DNA of 56,246 nucleotides, taken from contig NC_068994.1 in the NCBI RefSeq assembly GCF_001194135.2, forward strand, positions 22,809,907 through 22,866,152, in the 5' to 3' direction. The notes under the pieces are model-generated. The model was not told the origin of the DNA and made no database searches. It worked only from the letters and a program-made list of their open reading frames with translations. Below are positions 50,110 to 56,246 of the stretch, piece by piece (position 1 is the first letter of the stretch; every line of letters starts with the position of its first letter). The DNA is from Octopus bimaculoides. Lineage: Eukaryota. The translations under genes were made by a program, and so were the position numbers.

Positions 50110-51429
50110 GTAAGGCATTTCCAAGTATTGTGATGGAAAAGTTGTTTGTTGCTAAAAATATAAATGCTTCACATAAATTTTTGTTTTTAGCTTTATATGA
50201 ATTTTTACTTGGATATTCCTCCAGAAATAGATGAACCATTAAGCAAAATCAGCTTAGCAATGCCCCCTCCCTTCTTTGGAATAACGATTTGGAAAATGAA
50301 GTATTTTTAATATTGTTGAAAGTATTTGATTATTTGAAATGAGAAATGTGTTTTTAAAAGTCGCTTACCTCCTATCTTTTCACGTTGTTTAAAACTAGTT
50401 CCCTTTGAGTTGCGTTTCTGCAATCAATTAATGTTTCTCTGATACTCTGTGTTTGATATATTTTTACTCTTTATTTATTGAAAAGACAAAAAAAATTAAG
50501 AAAATTCCGTGCTAATGTTTGGCCTTCAGATTTGCGTAGAGGTGAAATGCTAAAAGAATAGCAGATGCTGTCGTCTTCAAATTGCTGACGAACTTTTGAT
50601 CATTTAGTTTAAACAGTTGAATATGTTTGATCCGTTTAGTTGCCTAATTCGTAAGGTGGTGGTGATATTCACCTGTATTTAACTTAGCTACTGGATGAAT
50701 GTCAGCTTGGATTTTATCAAATCAGCAAAGATCTATCATATTCTGTCAAAATTAAAAAAGTCGATTTCATTTACTTATACATAAGCTCAGTGTCTTTCTA
50801 ATATACTTAATTTCTATTTAACATTTTTTTTTTATCTCCTATGCAAATCCGTAAAATATATTTTTTCTAAACGTAGAAAAGTTACTCTTTATGAAACAGA
50901 TGATAGGCATCTAGTAAAAGGATATTTATTTAATGAAATAATTTATCTGACAAAAAATAAAAAAAAAGAAGCCAACTCTTGTTATGGACTTGATGTTGAA
51001 ATTAAATTGGTGTGCCTTATTCTACCTCTGATTGTAATATTTTATTTCATTGCGTTTTTAGTAATTACTTAGCTTACATTATTTTCGTCAAATGAAATGC
51101 TAATTTAAAGAGTAAAATATTTTAAACTGGAAACCAAAAAATACATCTATTTTATTTGTATGAGATATTTGAAAGAGGAATTCGAGACAGGTGTTTTGTT
51201 TGTTATTGATTCATTATAGATTTACAGTTGCTTTTACGAGAGTTTTAATTATAAATTTTATGTGCTTGTACACTGTTATTCGTAAGAGGGTGGTCGTTTT
51301 TAAATTGAAAGCGTTGTTTTAATTTTAAACTTTCAGTCGTCGCAACAGTGACTGCAGATTATTGTATTGACAATACTTGAGGGTCTCGCCTAGCTGCAAA
51401 TTTATAATGGCTGAGGCAGTGTTGATTTT

Positions 51430-51810
51430 TGTTGGTGCTAATAACAGTAGTTGTGGTGGTGGTGGTGGTGGTAGTGTTGGCTGTAGCAGTAATAATAGTA
51501 GTAGTAATGTTAGTAGTAGGCAGTTGTAACCAAGACGTTAGAAACAGTAGTAGTGGTGGTGATATAGTTTTTGTGTTAGTAGTAGACCGCTGCAGCAGCA
51601 TTAGTAGTAGTTGTTACTAGGCCGCCGCAACATCGTTACTGTTGATTGTTGTTGTAATAAATGTGATGGTGGTGGTAGTAATAGTAGTAAAGGTGATGAT
51701 AGTAGTTGTTTTAGTAGTTGGCAGCTACAACATTGTTATTGACGGTAGTGGTTGTTGGCAGTAGTAGATTGCTGCAACATTGTTATTAGTAGTAGCTGTA
51801 GTAGTATACC
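51430..51810. repeat. GTA/GTG/GTT low-complexity tract
   Basis: Direct inspection. Confidence 0.8.
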
Positions 51811-53549
51811 GGTAAAATATTTTGTGGTAGAGGCGGGTTCTTTCTCAGTCGTAGCTAGTAGATAGTTACTAGTAGCAGTAGATTTTGCTGATTTTTGTTG
51901 TTGCAGTAGCGGTGTTTTAGATTGGCCATATAGATTGTTGATAAACGACCGACGACTCTTGTACGGTGATGTGATGTTTTATGAGATATATAATACATTC
52001 GAACATGAACATACGTCCTTGTTTGTAATAATGTCACGAGTGAAGTGTGGTTACATATTCACGATAGCTCGTAGTTTTATAGAAAGTAGTCCAGAAGAAT
52101 TAAATATTATGGATCTTATCACTGTAATATTATGGGGGACATGAAGTTACATATTCGTTCTAGTATAATATTGAATAGCATATGTATTATAGTGTTACCT
52201 GCATCTTAACATCACCTCCTCGCCTTATTTCATTTGAGTGTTCTCTCCATAACCTGCCCTCATCATCATCTCCTCCTCTTGCCACCACCTGTATCAACAC
52301 TATCGCCTCCACTCACTACAGTCTTATCACCTCTACCTTCTACCAGCTTGTCATCCCAACTTGCTATCTGTCTCGCCACCTCTTCCTGTCTTGTCATCCC
52401 CACTTACCATTTGTCTCTTCACTTCGTTTCCCATCACCTTCACCGGTTCCATTTCCAGTCTCAACACTTTTCACCTCTACCAACATCATCACCTCTGTAA
52501 AAAATTCTTGATGTATATAATGTAGTGATGGTTTGACACAGGCCAGTTCAGAGAAAAGAGATTGGTGGTGATTCAGGGTATGTGGACGACATATGAGGTC
52601 TGTCACAACTGGGGTCACTAAATGGTGATGATATGTATGTTCACAAGTACAAATATTCAAGAAGGAAGAATACATGCTGCCAGTAGAAGCAAAACTAAGG
52701 ACATATAAAATTTGTTATCCCATTTTGGACACTGAGGAAGAAAATTCTATTCTGTCTCTGAAGTAACCTGGAGTTAAGCAAAAGATTTGTAGAATTTCTA
52801 GTGCCACTTTAGTGTGCAGTCTAACCCTAAACCTGAACCTAACCCTAATCCTAGCCCAGTTCAGGTCATTTCTCTGTGTAGGTTATAGATACTACTGTAG
52901 ACAATATATTAAAGTCACACTGAGTTTCCACTAGGCATAACTGTTATAAGCTAAAAAAGTTGAGATACCAACAGTGGAATACAAAATTCAAATACATATA
53001 CTAGAACATTATCAATGTTTATATTTTAGTCATGTTTAATGCTGTGTCAACATTTTTATGTTTCTTTTATTCTTGCAGGATGTTGACATCGAATTGATAT
53101 CTTCTGCTAGCATAACTATACTTCTGTGCCTTCTAGTTTACCTTCCTACTTTTGTTACTCATTTATATGACTGCATGAATTTGTGTATAATTTTTAAAAA
53201 ATTTTCGTATCAATTTTTTTTTATATTAGAAGAATGATATATTAAACATTTTAATCATTTAAAAAACTTCTTTGTCACAATATCTTAATTTAAATCTTTG
53301 AAATTTAGTTGAAACAAGTAGTGGCAACTAGTTGGTCAAAGTTATCTTATTTCTTTATTCAGTTATATTTTTACTGATTTATAATTAAAGTTAGTAAATG
53401 GATACTTTACTAAATATATATATTCATTAAGGTTTTATTGCTTTCTATACAGTGAATATGTAAGACATGACAGAGAAAAGACTCAAATGGAGATCTTTGA
53501 CATTCAACCTTCTGAGAGCAGATGACACAACAATAAATGATAGATTCTG

Positions 53550-53554
<5 letters not shown>

Positions 53555-53595
<41 letters not shown>

Positions 53596-53618
53596 NNNNN
53601 NNNNNCTCTCTCTCTCTT

Positions 53619-53654
<36 letters not shown>

Positions 53655-53655
53655 A
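53555..53655. repeat. (CT)n microsatellite spanning a 10-N gap
   Basis: Direct inspection. Confidence 0.95.
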
Positions 53656-54420
53656 TTAATAGTTTATGCATTTCTTGAATTATAGACATTAATATTCCAC
53701 ATGTTATCTAATGAAATATAGTTAAGCTATGGTATATACTTGTGTGAAAGTTGACTGCAGGTTAAAGTCAATCCCTACTTTTGGCCAAAAGTCTGGAATT
53801 TCCCATATATTTCATGTAAAAGTCAACTCTAGTTCTTCAAAGATCAACATGGAAAAGATAAATAACTGTGTTCCACAGAAGTGAATGAAAGTGGAGTACA
53901 ATATCTTCAGCACAATAACTTCAGATGAAGCCAGAAAGAAAATATGCTATCTGAGGTAAACTAAGCATTAATAGTAGCACTAATAATATGACAAATCATT
54001 ATTTATGATTATTTGAGAAGTGAAAAGTCCTGGCAGGCTGTAAACTCAGAATTCATTTTAGATATAGGTAAATAACAAGGGAAAATACACAAGGTTTCTC
54101 GACTAAATGTACAGATGATGATCATTGGTAACCAAGTCTACCTCTATGTTTCATGTTGTTTGCTCTGGTTCAGTTATTATGGAAGGTTTTGTAATGTTAA
54201 AAGGACTAACTTTTAGTGTTGCTGAAATTAGAGTAACATGCTTGTATCAAATTTTGCATGGTGCTCAGCAAATCTGCTACTGAAACCTTGAAATTGTTTA
54301 GTCTGGCTTTTGGCTAATATTTAAGTTGAACACGGGTTTTTGAGTGGGAACCTGGGCTTTACTGGAAGCACATTCTGCTTATACTTTTATTTCTAATGAA
54401 GAAAAATCAGCACCAGCTTT

Positions 54421-54650
54421 AACCTTTTTAAGCTGGCAGAATCGTTAGCACACCGGGCGAAATGCTTAGTGGTATTTCGTCTTCTATTACATTCTGAGTT
54501 CAAATTCCACCAAAGTCGACTTTGCCTTTCATCCTTACAGAGTCGATTAAATAAGTACCAGTTACACATTGGGGTCGATGTAATCCACTTAATCTCTTTG
54601 TCTGTCCTTGTTTGTCCCTTCTATGTTTAGCCCCCTTGGGCAATAAAGAA
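54421..54650 (+). mobile_element. SINE with MetaSINE-like central domain
   Basis: gctggcagaatcgttagc...gtcgactttgcctttcatcc...taagtaccagtt. Confidence 0.8.
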
Positions 54651-55777
54651 ATATATTTTGAATAAAATTTACTACTCGTCTATTTAATAAAGTTGGAGAA
54701 TAATCGCAATTTTGGAGAGGTTCAGTAAAATAACTAACTTCCATTATTAACTTGGTATTTAGAATATGACTTAAAAGGTTCTCACAAAATTTCAATTATC
54801 AAAATATAAAGACTTCAAACAGATGGCTTAGTATTATAAATTTAAGTAGCAGTTGTGGGCTGGTTGGTATTACAAGGGTTAAAGCTTTCAAAAATAGTCG
54901 GACTTTTTGTGGCGGGAAATGGTGCTGGTGGTATGAAATTAAAACAGTGTATCACTCTGAAAATCTCAGTGTTTTCAAGTACTATGCTTAAGTTTCATCT
55001 ATCTTTTGATTTGATATTCAAAGAAAAAAATTTATCAAGGTATTATAGCTAACTCTAAGCTATATTATTCAAGAGCAACTTTGAAACAACTCACAAAAGG
55101 TATTGCTAGGAAGAATGAATCTACAGAGACTACTGGAGAAAGAAAAATTCAACATTATGGATGCTAGTATAGCAATCTTTTGTGGTTGTTACATACCTTA
55201 GCATGATATATCTGTATCGTTTACTACTTTGTTATATTAGCCTCCCTCCATACCTCTGACTTACACCTGTATCACTATACATCACTCCCACTCTCCACAT
55301 CATCTCTCTACTGTGTTCATCTATGTACAGGCTTATGATGCTGCTCTTCAACCTTCCATTTCTACCACTTATCACCTCCTTCCTGAGTCACTCCTATATC
55401 TTTCACCCCACCTCAACCCCATACCAATACTTATTATTGACCATATCTCCAGCCTTGTTAAACATTTGCTTACCTTTACCTTTACACCCATTCGTCACTC
55501 TCCTCTAATGCATTTAGGAATATATACCCACCTTTTCTGATCTTCTGTCTGTGTTCTCTCTCATACTCTCCTTCATATGCCTTGAGAGTACTCTCAGACA
55601 CATCATCACCACTATATTTACCTTCCTTCCAACTACTCCCATCCACCCTTATATAATGTGGGGTAGCCTTGTATTTCCTCTATAGCATCTAGATTTGTGA
55701 TGATAGGTTCATTCTATGAACCTACAATATTTGTAGTTGCATACAGCTGAGGCAGACTGTTATTAAATAATAGATCA

Positions 55778-55930
55778 TCATCATTTAATATCCATGCTGG
55801 CGTAGGTTGGATGTCTTGACAGGATATGTCAAGGCCAGGGGCCACACAGGTTCCATAGTCTGTTTTGGATGCCCTTCCCTAACGCCAACCACCTTACAGA
55901 CTGTACTGGGTGCTTTTTACATGACACCTC
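55778..55930 (-). mobile_element. Degenerate RTE-family tail
   Basis: atcatcatcatt...ccatgctggcgtaggttgg...gcccttccctaacgccaacc. Confidence 0.65.
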
Positions 55931-56107
55931 AGTTTTAGGATATCATTTCTGTTGTGGTGGGTGGGTTTTCTTGCGTAAAGCAGTGTGCCACATATCTCAG
56001 TCCGCTTGCATATTGTTTATAAGGCTCAGTGTTTAGAGATTAACATTTAATACTTCATCTCATGTCTTCCTGGGTCTTCCTCTTCTACAACTTACTCTAC
56101 TGTCAGT

Positions 56108-56246
<139 letters not shown>

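Larger units (their letters stand above)
45100..50110. promoter_or_regulatory. Putative divergent promoter region
   Basis: CpG content is visibly higher than in the flanks, and first-exon-like donors point outward on opposite strands. Confidence 0.4.

Noticed and set aside
52182-52675. ORFs in pyrimidine-rich tracts (also 25422-25834, 36411-36707, 55313-55540)
   Set aside because: Compositional bias; no recognisable motifs or splice structure.

Overview
AT-rich (mostly intronic) eukaryotic scaffold with many N gaps and microsatellites. The repeat landscape (tRNA-headed SINEs, RTE tails ending in (GAT)n, CR1, Penelope-like elements) looks like an Octopus genome; this is inference from repeat content. 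One protein-coding gene is well supported: a divergent Fem-1-family protein (ankyrin repeats, TPR-like region, C-terminal BC/cullin box) on the minus strand. Its large coding exon (10657-12281) extends beyond the 490-aa ORF-track call and splices in frame to upstream exons at 17793-17882 and 44350-44551, giving about 607 aa. Probable non-coding first exons lie at about 45.7 and 46.8 kb, and a divergent plus-strand transcript probably starts near 49.8-50.1 kb. The rest is transposon debris: a full-length decayed Tigger/pogo, mariner and DD37D maT fragments, a MULE relic, and RTE, CR1 and Penelope-like fragments. Three things stand out. First, several distinct minimal type I hammerhead ribozyme motifs, one family lying directly downstream of Penelope GIY-YIG fragments. 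Second, a fold-back element in which a tRNA-like Pol III head sits between inverted hammerhead-bearing arms. Third, a non-coding LTR mini-element with a tRNA-Trp primer-binding site and only 193 bp of internal sequence. All splice models and ribozyme activities are predictions from sequence alone.
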